Shown here: in pieces, positions 1 to 12,454 of the stretch
Numbering within the stretch: the stretch's first letter is position 1
Layout: every line of letters starts with the position of its first letter
Assembly: GCF_001194135.2 (NCBI RefSeq)
Contig: NC_068988.1
Span: forward strand, 90,247,738 to 90,311,737
Source of the DNA: Octopus bimaculoides
Taxonomy: Eukaryota
Direction: 5' to 3'
DNA length: 64,000 bases
Notes under the pieces: generated by a model
Databases searched by the model: none
Seen by the model: the letters and a program-made list of their open reading frames with translations, nothing else
What the model was told of the DNA's origin: nothing
Position numbers and translations under genes: made by a program

Positions 1-22
1 TAGTATTATTATTATTATTATT

Positions 23-54
<32 letters not shown>

Positions 55-75
55 TATCATCATCATCATCAACAT

Positions 76-689
76 CATCAATATATGAAAACTCACAGCT
101 CATTTTGCTCGATGTGATGGAAAGTGTCAGCTGCCCACAGCCAGCAGTCTAAGGTGACACATATTTATTGGCCATGCTTCAAGAACCCTGCGAAGAAATT
201 CTTCGACTTCCAAGCAATGATAATTTTTGTAGGTGTTCTACCTTCACACTTGCATCAATCTTTTGTAGCTATGATGGTAGTTGAGTGATGATACTACCAC
301 GTGCACCATTGGTATCACGTCTACTCTCTTCAATGACCACAACCTTCGTATTTTCCATTTCAAATCGCCATAGCTGTTTATTTCTTCCTCTTCTTTCACA
401 TTGACCCTGTCGTAACCGGGGCATGCTATGTCGATTATCACACATGTTCTTTGTTTTTTATTCGCCACAACAATGTCTGGTTTCCCATCTCTGGTAGGGT
501 GATGGCATTGGATGACTGCATCCCACACGATTTTGCAATTCTCATTTTCGTTGACTTCTTCTGGACTTTGATCATACGATATTTTTGCACTTTGTAGGCC
601 GTGATTTTCACGCAGCTCCCAATGGATCAGCCTTACCACATTGTCATGGCGTCTTTTGTATTAGCGTTGTCCTAATTTCGTGCATTCGC
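76..689 (-). mobile_element. 5'-truncated R4/Dong-like non-LTR retrotransposon (RLE endonuclease domain + 3' UTR), degenerate
   Basis: Minus translation ...YKRRHDNVVRLIHW...VWDAVIQ...KPDIVV...IIDIACP.YDRV..KEEEEI..Y.DLKW.IRRLW matches the post-zinc-knuckle RHD motif and PD..D RLE of R4/Dong-type LINEs. 3' end runs into the (TAT/CAT)n tract at 1-75. Confidence 0.9.
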
Positions 690-708
690 TATTATTATTA
701 TTATTATT

Positions 709-740
<32 letters not shown>

Positions 741-2760
741 TTTCCTTTGCTTCTTCTTTCGATTCTGTTTCCATTTCTTGCCGTGTGTCTTCCTGATACC
801 TAGAGTAAAGTAACGTACTGTATATATTGGTTGGTCATTAAAACAATCACACCGGATTGTTCATTTACAGAGTCATGTGATAGAGAAAAAGGGGAAGACA
901 GAGAGAAAAATGAAAAATAAGAAAATAGAAAAGTAAGTAAATAAAATAAAGGTGGGGAAAGGGAAAGAAAATTTACAGCGACAATGATCTTCTCACTACG
1001 TGTGACATACCAGTTAAGACAATCTTTTGTACTTCCTGCGTGGATTATTCTAAAATAATTTTCAGTTCCTTTTTTTTTTATCATTCTAAGCGCTCCTACA
1101 ATCACTGGTATTGTAACCGTCTTTAGATACTACATCTTTTGAATTTCGATTAGTAGATCTTGATATTTTCTGAGCTTATCAAATTCTTTTGCCAAGATAT
1201 TATGGTCACAGGGTATGTTCATATCATTCAATAAACAGACGTTCATGCTTGTGTCTTTCACAACAATATCTGGTTTATTTCCCTTGATGGTCCGATCTGT
1301 TCACACTGGGGAGTCCCAAAGAACAGATACATTTTCTTCCTCAGGGTAGTGATTGAATTATTTGTCAGTAGTTTTGATTTTATAATGGTGACACATTATA
1401 CAATGTAGATATTGGCCAACTCGTTCATGTCTTGATTTGTACTCTACAGGGGGTAAGACCTTGTTTCTATCCCATCGTTGCAGCATTGGCACTTTGGGTC
1501 TACACCATTTTCAACACGTGGCCATGATAGTTCCGGGTCAATGAGCACTGATCTTGGGCAGTCAAGAGAAAACCTTCACTCTCAGCCTTTAACCTTGAGC
1601 TCTGTACCCACTTATGGGTGTACTTCTGGTCTACAACAGCTTGTTTGCTACGAGCCACATATTTGCCATGCAGAGATCTTTGTTCCCACCTATCAACCAA
1701 TTAATTGTTCAAGCACATTTTCCTTTGCTATTGATTTCACATTCTTTGAAACTATAGTTGCTGCACTTCCGTCATGCTGTTCGATCTGGGTATTATGCTT
1801 AAACTCACTTGAACGGTTTTTCCTCTCCTTCCTAACAGAATGAAGCTTCTTACGTCTTTCATGGTTTTCAACGAGCTTTAGCATCCAGTCGTTAGACGTT
1901 TCAAGATATTTGCCAGTCGAATTGTGATGGTTTTGTAGGAGATTTCAAACCGAATCAAGCCTCGACCTGCTTGAGCTCTCGGTAGGTAAAATCGATATGC
2001 GTCTGCCTTTGGGTGGTGCATCTTATTGCAAGCCAGCAGCTTACGGATTATCCTGTCGAGTTTCGTTATTTCGCTCATATTCCGGTTCAACACATTGAAA
2101 CTGTAAATAAAATCAGGAACTAAGGAATTTATAGCTGACAGCTTGTTACGTGCATTTAATTCGGATTTTAGGACTGCTCAAACTCTCCTGTAATACCCCT
2201 TCCTGATATTTTCTTTCATACTTTCATGTTGGATTCCAGAGCTCTCATTTATTCCCAGGTATTTGTAAGTCTGCTCCTGCTCAAATTCTTTTATGTCTGT
2301 GTCAACATTCAACACCACTGAATGTGAGGTTTTTAGCTTACCTTTCCGGAAAGTGGCCTTGGCACATTGATCAAGACCAAATTCCATCCCAATGTCATCA
2401 ATGAATGCTTTCAAAGTGCGTAGTAGTCTTTCAAGCTCATTAGCGTCTTTGCCATAGAGATTTAAGTCATCCATATAAAATCAATGACATATTTTCTTGT
2501 CGCCAATTTTATATCCATACCAAGTTCTATTGAGTTCACTTGTGAGGGTTATTAGGGCTATCCAGAAAATTAAATGTGAAAGTAAGTCACCTTGGAAAAT
2601 GCCGCAGTTGATATTAATATTTGAGGGAATATTTCCAAAAGAAATATTCCAGCGTCGGAAAGTCACAAATTTAGCAGATATAGTTAAGTCTGTTTTCAAG
2701 AGGTCAGTTTTTGACAGTTGCATTTTCCTCTCGTTCGGTAAAAGTATGTTTATTATGGTA
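741..2760 (-). mobile_element. R4/Dong-like LINE, 5'-truncated: RT C-half, thumb, partial zinc knuckle, RLE, 3' UTR (multiple frameshifts)
   Basis: GIFQGDLLS (RT QGD motif, ~2590), YMDDLNLYGK (~2470), YKYLGINE, HPKADAYRFYLPRAQAGRGL, ESEGFLLTAQDQ, YKSRHERVGQYLH, VIVGALRMIKK. Tail at the (TAT/CAT)n tract 690-740. Confidence 0.93.
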
Positions 2761-2929
2761 GATTAGCGTGAGGCATTATTCTATAGTAATGCCTTTATAT
2801 AAATATAAATGAATATATTCTAAGGATAATGATGGATTTTTCCCTTATGAGCTTTTCACGCTAGATACTTGATAGAATTCTTGCAAAAGATTTTTATCCT
2901 ATTATTGAATTAATTAAATATATATATGC

Positions 2930-3152
2930 AACCTGACTGGCTGCTGTGCCGGTAGTACGTAAAAAGCACGCACTACACTCTCGGACTCGTTGGAGTTAGG
3001 GAGGGCATCCAGCTGTAGAAAATTTGCCAGAATAGTTTGGAGCTTGGTACAGCCTTCTGGTTTGCCAGTCCTCAGTTAAACCGTCTAACTCATGCCAGCA
3101 TGGCGAGTGGACGTTAAATGACGACGACGACGATGATAGTGATGATGACGAC

Positions 3153-3206
<54 letters not shown>
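2930..3206 (+). mobile_element. SINE 3' portion ending GGACGTTAAA(TGA/GAT)n (RTE-type tail)
   Basis: Contains gagggcatccagctgtagaaa body and ...catgccagcatggcgagtggacgttaaa followed by a (GAC/GAT)n tail. Recognised as a common cephalopod SINE-like repeat from memory only. Confidence 0.6.
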
Positions 3207-4640
3207 ATATTTATAAAGGTACGTGTGTATGTAAATAAATATTTATATCTATGTATGCATGTATGTATGTATAGTATACAGCTTGATCATAAAATCTGGA
3301 TACACTAAATTTCACTGATATTTTGTTTTCTTCCACAGACTAAGTATGAGTTTGTCATTTTTACGGTCACTGTCTATTTTACATAATGTATTAAATGAAT
3401 TAGTTTGGTAAAAGAGTCATGTCGCATTGCTGAGATGTTTTACTTTGAAGGTACTTTTCTCATACGGTCATATAATATTGATTTTTGACATTCTAGTGGT
3501 TCTCTTCTCTCTTTTTCCCGATTATTTTATGACATAATGGTTAAATGCGTATTGATTTTACACTTTTAAATGTGTTTTGATCAGATCTATATCAGACACG
3601 GCATGCCGTATTAATTCAAAAGGCACTCTCCAGCAATGGAGACGACAAAAATTATCTGTTCTGGAAATGGATACTTAAGCATCCAGACATGCTAAAGATA
3701 GCTGGACCAATTTTGCTCGGGAAACTTCTCTCTTCCTGGCCACCTTGAATTTAGACGACCAAGTTCTAACAATATTGAACTTCTGAAAAGCGTAATAGAG
3801 AAGAATCAAAAACAAACTGCACGATAATTAGCAAAACAATTTAGTTCAAGACACACTTTTAAATAAAACACTTTCATGGATTAATAAAATTGTCTAAACT
3901 TGTTCAGTATATCCCTCATCTTCTTTCAGTTTCTCAGTTTAATCGGAGGTACCTTCTGTTTGTCACTGAAGAGCCGACTCTTTACGGAACGTTTGCTGGG
4001 TAGAATCATCTCAAGTTGGTTCTCTACAATAATATGCAATGAAAACGATTATGGTTAACACTTAATGAATTAGGAGATATGTTAGCTTAATTAAGATGCA
4101 TTGCACAAAAATGATAATCATAGTTCGGGTATGTTGCTCTTATATGATAATACCAGTCCACAAATTGTCCAGGTACTCAGAAAAAGATTGCCGATCTAAA
4201 TACAGAAGTGTTACCTTATCCTCATTGCAGTTCCTATCTCGGTACATCTGACTCCGATGGTCATCCATATCATTATAATGTTATTCAGAGGAAAGCAATA
4301 CATTAGTTATAAAGCGTGTCTTTGTCTCGAAAAATGAGGAATTTTATGCCCGAGGAGTCAATTGTTTACCAGAGAGATGGGACTGTTTTATCAATAATGA
4401 GCGAAAATATCATGATACATACAAAAATACCCTGTTGTTGATGTTCAAATTCCAATGAAGGAGCCTTGGATCTATGCTAGAAACCGGTTCTTTCCCTATT
4501 GGCAAGAATTCGTGAAATAAGCTGAATAATGATATACATAATTACATACATATTTACATACATATGAATGCGAAAGGAATGGTTATGGAGTATAAAATTG
4601 AGTAGATTATACTGACTGTAGTGTTGGTTCTAGAATATAA

Positions 4641-5008
4641 TTCAGTCCCACTGCGTGGCACCTTGGGCAAGTGTCTTCTACTATAGCCTCGGGACGACCA
4701 AAGCCTTGTGAGTGGATTTGGTAGACGGAAACTGAAAGAAGCCTGTCATATATATGTATATTTATATATATATATGTTTGTGTGTGAATATGTTTGTATG
4801 TCTGTGTTCCCCCCCCCCATCATCGATTGACAACCGATGGGGGTGTGTTTACATCCCCCTAACTTAGCGGTTCGGCAAAAGAGGCTGATAGAATAAGTAC
4901 TAGGCATCGAAAGAATAAGTCCTGGGGTCGATTGGCTCGACTAAAGGCGGTGCTCCAGCATGGCCACAGTCAAATGACTGAAACAAGTAAAAGAGTAAAA
5001 GAGTAAAA
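4641..5008 (+). mobile_element. tRNA-derived CORE-like SINE (octopus OR-type) with internal (TA)/(TG) microsatellite
   Basis: gcaccttgggcaagtgtctt CORE-like motif, internal TA/TG repeat, and tail ggcggtgctccagcatggcc-cagtca-aa-tgactg-aaacaagtaaaaga(gtaaaaga)n. Homologous copies at 8.0, 10.9, 18.4, 19.2, 20.8 and 27.8 kb. Confidence 0.8.
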
Positions 5009-6287
5009 GAATAAATGGAAGCAGCTGGAGGGTTCTTGAAGTGTGATGCTCACTTTCTGGAGNNNNNNNNNNNNNNNNNNNNNNNNNNNNNNNNNNNNNN
5101 NNNNNNNNNNNNNNNNNNNNNNNNNNNNNNNNNNNNNNNNNNNNNNNNNNNNNNNNNNNNNNNNNNNNNNNNNNNNNNNNNNNNNNNNNNNNNNNNNNNN
5201 NNNNNNNNNNNNNNNNNNNNNNNNNNNNNNNNNNNNNNNNNNNNNNNNNNNNNNNNNNNNNNNNNNNNNNNNNNNNNNNNNNNNNNNNNNNNNNNNNNNN
5301 NNNNNNNNNNNNNNNNNNNNNNNNNNNNNNNNNNNNNNNNNNNNNNNNNNNNNNNNNNNNNNNNNNNNNNNNNNNNNNNNNNNNNNNNNNNNNNNNNNNN
5401 NNNNNNNNNNNNNNNNNNNNNNNNNNNNNNNNNNNNNNNNNNNNNNNNNNNNNNNNNNNNNNNNNNNNNNNNNNNNNNNNNNNNNNNNNNNNNNNNNNNN
5501 NNNNNNNNNNNNNNNNNNNNNNNNNNNNNNNNNNNNNNNNNNNNNNNNNNNNNNNNNNNNNNNNNNNNNNNNNNNNNNNNNNNNNNNNNNNNNNNNNNNN
5601 NNNNNNNNNNNNNNNNNNNNNNNNNNNNNNNNNNNNNNNNNNNNNNNNNNNNNNNNNNNNNNNNNNNNNNNNNNNNNNNNNNNNTATATATACGTATATG
5701 TTTGTGTGTGTGTCTGTGTGTGTGTATACACTTGCTTTGTATTAATTATCGACCGAATATTTGCTTGTTGATCTCACTTATTTAATTTTCATTTAACATT
5801 CAGTGATGTTTATAGATGTGAGACTAAGTCGTGGTAGATTTTCATTGAACAGGAAAATATAATTAAGTAATCACGGCATAATACTCTCTTTCACTAACAG
5901 TATATATGAATGTGATTATATACATCACACACACACAAACACAGACACACACAAACACTCACACACAGACAAAATCTCGTACATCCACATATATATATAT
6001 GTGTATGTTTGTANNNNNNNNNNNNNNNNNNNNNNNNNNNNNNNNNNNNNNNNNNNNNNNNNNNNNNNNNNNNNNNNNNNNNNNNNNNNNNNNNNNNNNN
6101 NNNNNNNNNNNNNTTATACATAAGGGTAATTTTTCTACACTTTCATCAATAAATTATTTTCTGGATTAAATGGATTAAATATTATCTAATGAAGATCACG
6201 TGAGATTTCATCAATAATGGTTGTGTTAAGATATATAACGTGAGATTAGTAACCGAGTAAATAAGTGAAATGATCTGGTATAGAATT

Positions 6288-6334
<47 letters not shown>

Positions 6335-6582
6335 GGAGAGAGGGAGAGGGAGAGAGAGAGAGAGAATGAAAGAAAGCAACGTCTGGAAGACATAGAATGC
6401 ACGAATGCACCTTTGTTGAAAGTCTGATAAAGAGCCAGTCTAATGTTTAAACTTGCAAATATCACCTAAATTTTCACTTGAAAATTTTGCGTAAACTGAC
6501 TTTGCAAACAGATGAGGTACAAAACAATTGTAACGAATCATTAAAGATGTGTGAAAAGATTTCTTTGTCTCAATATTTGGAG

Positions 6583-6616
<34 letters not shown>

Positions 6617-6704
6617 TACAAGTGTGTGTGTGAGTGAGTTTGTACAGTTTCTTGAGTACTTTATATGAATTTAGAAAAAGCGCAATGTTCATCTAAGGAA
6701 TCCA

Positions 6705-7181
6705 CCCTTTCAATGAATCGACTCTATATCGAAACGGCAACAAATGTGTCTTCGATATAGGGTCTGAAGTGTTGACATGCTTTTATCAGCTGATCTTTAT
6801 CAATTTTGGAAATATTGCTGGCTATGGCAGGCTTAAGAGATTGTATGGATTTATGGGGATGTTGATTGACCGCTTTCTCAACTATGACCCATACGTAATA
6901 GTCAAGTTAATTGAATCTCTTGTAAGCTACACGGCCATGTGTCCAGGGGAACATGATCATAGAGATTAACACACGCCCGTGTTTGGTTTTTCCGAGCCTT
7001 ATGAGATGGTGCAGAATCATGTTGGTGCACATACAGTTTTCCATTACGTTGTCCGTCTATTCAGGTCCTCAGCACTTTCTCAAACACCTCTCTGTAGACA
7101 ACGGCATTGACACTCAATCTCTGTGAAACAAGGTGAGAAGGCATCACATCTCCCTCGTTGCTAACGACTTCTGGAACCATC
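6705..7181 (-). mobile_element. Tc1/mariner transposase relic (catalytic-domain C-terminal half)
   Basis: Minus translation VVSNEGDVMP..VNAVVYREVFEKVL..YVHQHDSAPSHKARKNQT..DTWP..DYYVWVIVEKAVNQHPH..LKPAI..LIKACQHFRPYIE resembles the QQDSAPxH / WPPxSPDLNPLDYYVW motifs. Stops and frameshift present. Confidence 0.85.
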
Positions 7182-7182
7182 A

Positions 7183-7280
7183 AATATAATATAATATAAT
7201 ATAATATAATATAATATAATATAATATAATATGATATAATATGATATAATATATATAATACAATATAATGTAATATAATA
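7183..7280. repeat. (ATAAT)n pentanucleotide microsatellite
   Basis: Direct reading of the sequence. Confidence 0.95.
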
Positions 7281-8039
7281 TACGCATGTATAAGGGCTTA
7301 CATGGTTAAGAGTGTTACTAATAATTATTCCTGATTTAGGCTAAACGCCAGAAAGTTTGAGGGAAAAGTATTACTTGATACTATTGCCTTCTGTACTTGA
7401 CTTGTACTTTATTTTTGCTGCCCCCTAAAGGAAAAAATATAAAGCTAATCTCGGCAGAATTCCATTTTGTTATTTATCTCTATAAGTTTTGTTTGACTAG
7501 TCGTTGATGTTGTATGCCTAGAATGATTTTTTTTTTTCTATTTCACCTTAACGCAATGCATCTCAGCCAATGTTGGCTTTTATAGTCACTTCCTCTCTGT
7601 CCAGTTTGGCTGCGTAGTAGTCATGAAAGTCTTTAGTAAATATTTTTTAGTTTTCATTTTATATTTCGCTTTTTTCTCAACCGCCATTCTTCTTTATTCA
7701 TCTTTATATAGCAATATACTTCAGTAATTAACTCCTTATTTGCAATTTATTATTCCCTTGATAATGTTGTCTTTCCTTGCGGTCACTTATTAGGCTTATT
7801 GATCTTCACTAGCTTCATTCTTAGTAGATTAGATTTCAAGACATAAATTTCACTACCACTTCGTGAAGAAACACCTCTCTATCTGTCTATCGCTGTCTGC
7901 CCGCTCCCTCTATCCCTTTATATATACAGTTGTACATACAACACATACACGCATACGTACATACATATGTACGTATAGACATACACACACACACGCACAC
8001 ATATATATTCTTTCATTCTTTTTTTCTATTCTTTTCTTT

Positions 8040-8235
8040 GTTTCAGTCATTTGACTGCGGCCATGCTGGAGTACTGCCTTGAAGGTCTTTAACCGAACTA
8101 GTCACCTTCAGGACATATTTTTTAAGCCTAGTATTTATTCTATCGCTCACTTTTGCGGAACCACTAAGTTAAGGGGATATAAACACACCAACACCGGTTG
8201 TCAGTAGGTAATGGGGGGGACAGACACAGAGACAA
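8040..8235 (-). mobile_element. OR-type SINE 3' half
   Basis: tcagtcatttgactgcggccatgctggagtactgcc is the reverse complement of the tail of the 4641-5008 SINE. Confidence 0.75.
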
Positions 8236-10065
8236 ACACACAAACACACAGATTCCTTTAAGAATCTTTGTTGGAACCATGTCACCAGCTTTAAGACAAT
8301 CATTGAGAGACATTCAACATCTTTGGCAGATTTTGTATGGTGACTGAAGAAGGATAAAACGAAGTACAGCATAACTTCGTCGATACTAAGACACATGAAA
8401 CCTTACAATATAATTTCCAGGAGATACTGTCTCTGCTCAGAAGAATCCCTGTCTATTCTGGGGACTAACGAGAAGATCATTAATAGAATGTCTGAAAAAA
8501 ACTCGAGATGCCTACGCGCATATGAATGTACTTTTACACAATGCAGTGGGAATGAATTTTGAGTTACCATTAACATAATTTAATTTACTTTAAGGTATGG
8601 ACGACTTAAGTTTACTTTTAAACTCCGCCATTCTTTCAAGCACCAAGTGGATCGTTAACTCGCTCTGTGATCATGATTGCACCAAAAGTCACGTGTGCGT
8701 ATGCTCACATTTCCGGGGATGCTTGTATGAGCGAGTGTACTCATGACATGCAGATTGCCCGAGGGCGTTTATACATACATATTTATTAACGGTTATTTTT
8801 AATACTTGTCTCGCTGTATTGCATGTTCGTTTCTCTTTTATGTTATTTTTGATCTTCTTTATAAATGAAGATATTTCCTCCGTCTGGATGCTTTTCTTTC
8901 TACAAAACGAGAAGTTACATTGCAGAAGTGTCATTTTAACGAGTTGTATCTATTTATCATTCGACGAGATACATCTGCACCGCCGGATACTACTGAATCA
9001 GTTGTTGAGTGTCCCATCCATGAAAGATCCATGCTAGATGTGTCGAAACAATTGTGATTCATAATAAACTCTCGTATGTTCCATCTTCCGTCTTCTGCAA
9101 TATATATANNNNNNNNNNNNNNNNNNNNNNNNNNNNNNNNNNNNNNNNNNNNNNNNNNNNNNNNNNNNNNNNNNNNNNNNNNNNNNNNNNNNNNNNNNNN
9201 NNNNNNNNNNNNNNNNNNNNNNNNNNNNNNNNNNNNNNNNNNNNNNNNNNNNNNNNNNNNNNNNNNNNNNNNNNNNNNNNNNNNNNNNNNNNNNNNNNNN
9301 NNNNNNNNNNNNNNNNNNNNNNNNNNNNNNNNNNNNNNNNNNNNNNNNNNNNNNNNNNNNNNNNNNNNNNNNNNNNNNNNNNNNNNNNNNNNNNNNNNNN
9401 NNNNNNNNNNNNNNNNNNNNNNNNNNNNNNNNNNNNNNNNNNNNNNNNNNNNNNNNNNNNNNNNNNNNNNNNNNNNNNNNNNNNNNNNNNNNNNNNNNNN
9501 NNNNNNNNNNNNNNNNNNNNNNNNNNNNNNNNNNNNNNNNNNNNNNNNNNNNNNNNNNNNNNNNNNNNNNNNNNNNNNNNNNNNNNNNNNNNNNNNNNNN
9601 NNNNNNNNNNNNNNNNNNNNNNNNNNNNNNNNNNNNNNNNNNNNNNNNNNNNNNNNNNNNNNNNNNNNNNNNNNNNNNNNNNNNNNNNNNNNNNNNNNNN
9701 NNNNNNNNNNNNNNNNNNNNNNNNNNNNNNNNNNNNNNNNNNNNNNNNNNNNNNNNNNNNNNNNNNNNNNNNNNNNNNNNNNNNNNNNNNNNNNNNNNNN
9801 NNNNNNNNNNNNNNNNNNNNNNNNNNNNNNNNNNNNNNNNNNNNNNNNNNNNNNNNNNNNNNNNNNNNNNNNNNNNNNNNNNNNNNNNNNNNNNNNNNNN
9901 NNNNNNNNNNNNNNNNNNNNNNNNNNNNNNNNNNNNNNNNNNNNNNNNNNNNNNNNNNNNNNNNNNNNNNNNNNNNNNNNNNNNNNNNNNNNNNNNNNNN
10001 NNNNNNNNNNNNNNNNNNNNNNNNNNNNNNNNNNNNNNNNNNNNNATATATATATATATATATAT

Positions 10066-10155
<90 letters not shown>

Positions 10156-10870
10156 TACGTTCTGTATATAAACATTCGGATGAGGGTTTCGAATTACACT
10201 TAGTAGTTTCGCAGTGTTTCTGTTCAGTCTTTTCACTTCTCTTTCTGTATGTCCACTACACTGCCTTGTGTCTATTTACAAATCTCGTTTTATTTCGAGT
10301 ATTGAATTTACTTCTGAAAATTAGTCTCAGATTTCAGTGTTTAAACGTGGTAGCTCACTCGTCGGCGATTAGACTTCACTTCAGCAAAAGAAAACACATA
10401 TTAGACCATGGTCGATAAAATTCAGAAAGCACGTTAATGTAGCACCTACAGTGGTATCATTCAATATTTTCGTCAAGTATATCTTTTTTATTTCATTTTA
10501 TTTTTCTAAAAGTTAATGGATATTTATCGAGTCTGGTGAATTGCAATATATACTACCTCCTGTTTCAGAGTCTGTTTTATATTTGTTGGCTTCCTTGAAG
10601 ACCGAAATAGAATTTTTATTTCTTATTCATCTTTTCTAGTTATTTACATTTTATTATCTTATATTCTTTAACAGATAATTTTATAGTCCTGCATTAAGAA
10701 CTTTTTAACAACTTTCTATTTGCCGAAAGACCTCACTTCCTTGTATTTGTTGTAAATATATTTGAATGTTAGTGTTTGGGTGGCATTTTCTGAATCCAGA
10801 CATTATCTTTCTCGTGTAGTCTCTCTAATACAATAAGATTCTAGGTGAGGATATTATAACTATAGATGTC

Positions 10871-11095
10871 TGTGTGGTAGGAAGCTTGTTTGACAACCAA
10901 GAGATCCTGGGTTCAGTCCATTGTTCAGTACTTTACACAAGTGTCTTCTGCTTTACTTCCGATCTGATCAAATCCTTTGGGAGTGGATTTGGTAGACGGA
11001 AACTTTGTGTGTACATATGTGTGTGTGTGTGTATGTGTATGTGTGATATGCTTATAATATTTTTTGTTTGTCCCCTAAGGCTTCTTGACAACTAG
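10871..11095 (+). mobile_element. OR-type SINE 5' half, degenerate
   Basis: gtgtggtaggaagcttg..gggttcagtcc head and gagtggatttggtagacggaaact, shared with 4641-5008. Confidence 0.7.
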
Positions 11096-12172
11096 AGTTG
11101 GCCGCGGAAGAAGTGGTGATTGTCTACCACTAGTGGAAAGTTTGATGTCCATCCACAAACCATATGAGACTTTTTCTCTGTTGGTAAATATAGCACCATT
11201 TGTTTGTTCTAACACAAAATTCACTTTTAAGTGGTGGACATTTTACCTAATATAAATACATACATACTTAAGGCCAGGTGTACGCACATGTGTCTGTATC
11301 TATGTATCTACGTATATATGTGTGTATGCATGCATGCATGCATGCATGTATGTATGGATGGATGTATGGATGTATGGATGTATGTAGGTATGTATGTATG
11401 TATGTATGTAAGTTTGTATGTATATAATATATACAAACAAATAATGTGCATTAAAAACTTTTAAGGGCGTAAAATTATTGGAAATCACAGTGTCATGTTA
11501 CATTCCAACCCATTGTGCTTTCGCATAATTTTCCTCTATACACGTTGTTTGAAACCTAATTCTATACCAATATTACAACTAAGTATAAACAATATACGTA
11601 CAGGAGTATCGGTAATTTCTCATCACCATAGCCTACAGCTTCATTTCATCGACATGCAAAGTATGGTGTACTGTTATCCGTAACGTTTGGTTTCGTTTTT
11701 ACAATATATTTTTGATATCTTCTTTCAAATTAAAATTGCTTTCCTATAATTTATTCCTCTGTGAGTTACTTGAAAGTCATTTGTACTATTATTAGAGTAT
11801 CTACTTATTACATTTCTACATAAAGCCTTCTGGCAACCAGTCCTTACTATTTTCGAGACCTTCGTCTTTCTCACACTGCTTTTAGTTATTTCATCAATAT
11901 TTCTTCCCTATTATATGATTCTTTGTAGCACTGTTCTGTTCTTCCACAAGTAAATTGTATTCTAATTGCAGGGGCTGACGTACTTTTTTAGTTGTGTTAT
12001 TGATGGCTGTGTATACAGCCTGTTGCATGTCTATAATTATGTGGTTTAATGTTTCGTCAAATACAGTTTAAGATGGGTTTTTACTCCGCCAACTATTTAG
12101 CTATTATTCCGTTATTTCTGTATCGTGAACATATTTGGAAATACTTTGAGGTAGAACCTTTTGAATTTCTTC

Positions 12173-12223
<51 letters not shown>

Positions 12224-12246
12224 TTATTATTATTATTATTATTATT

Positions 12247-12396
12247 AAGGTAGCATCCAAAATATTTGTGGCATTTCGTACGTTTGTACGTTCTGAGTTC
12301 AAATTCCGCCGGAGTCGACTTCGCCTTTCATCCTTTCGTGGTTGATTCAATAAGTACCAGTTACGCACTAGGGTTGATGTAGTCGACTTCCCCCCA

Positions 12397-12454
<58 letters not shown>

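Noticed and set aside
3276-3900. Possible Tc1-like relic (TACAG start, WPP fragment)
   Set aside because: The motifs are too degenerate to support a call.
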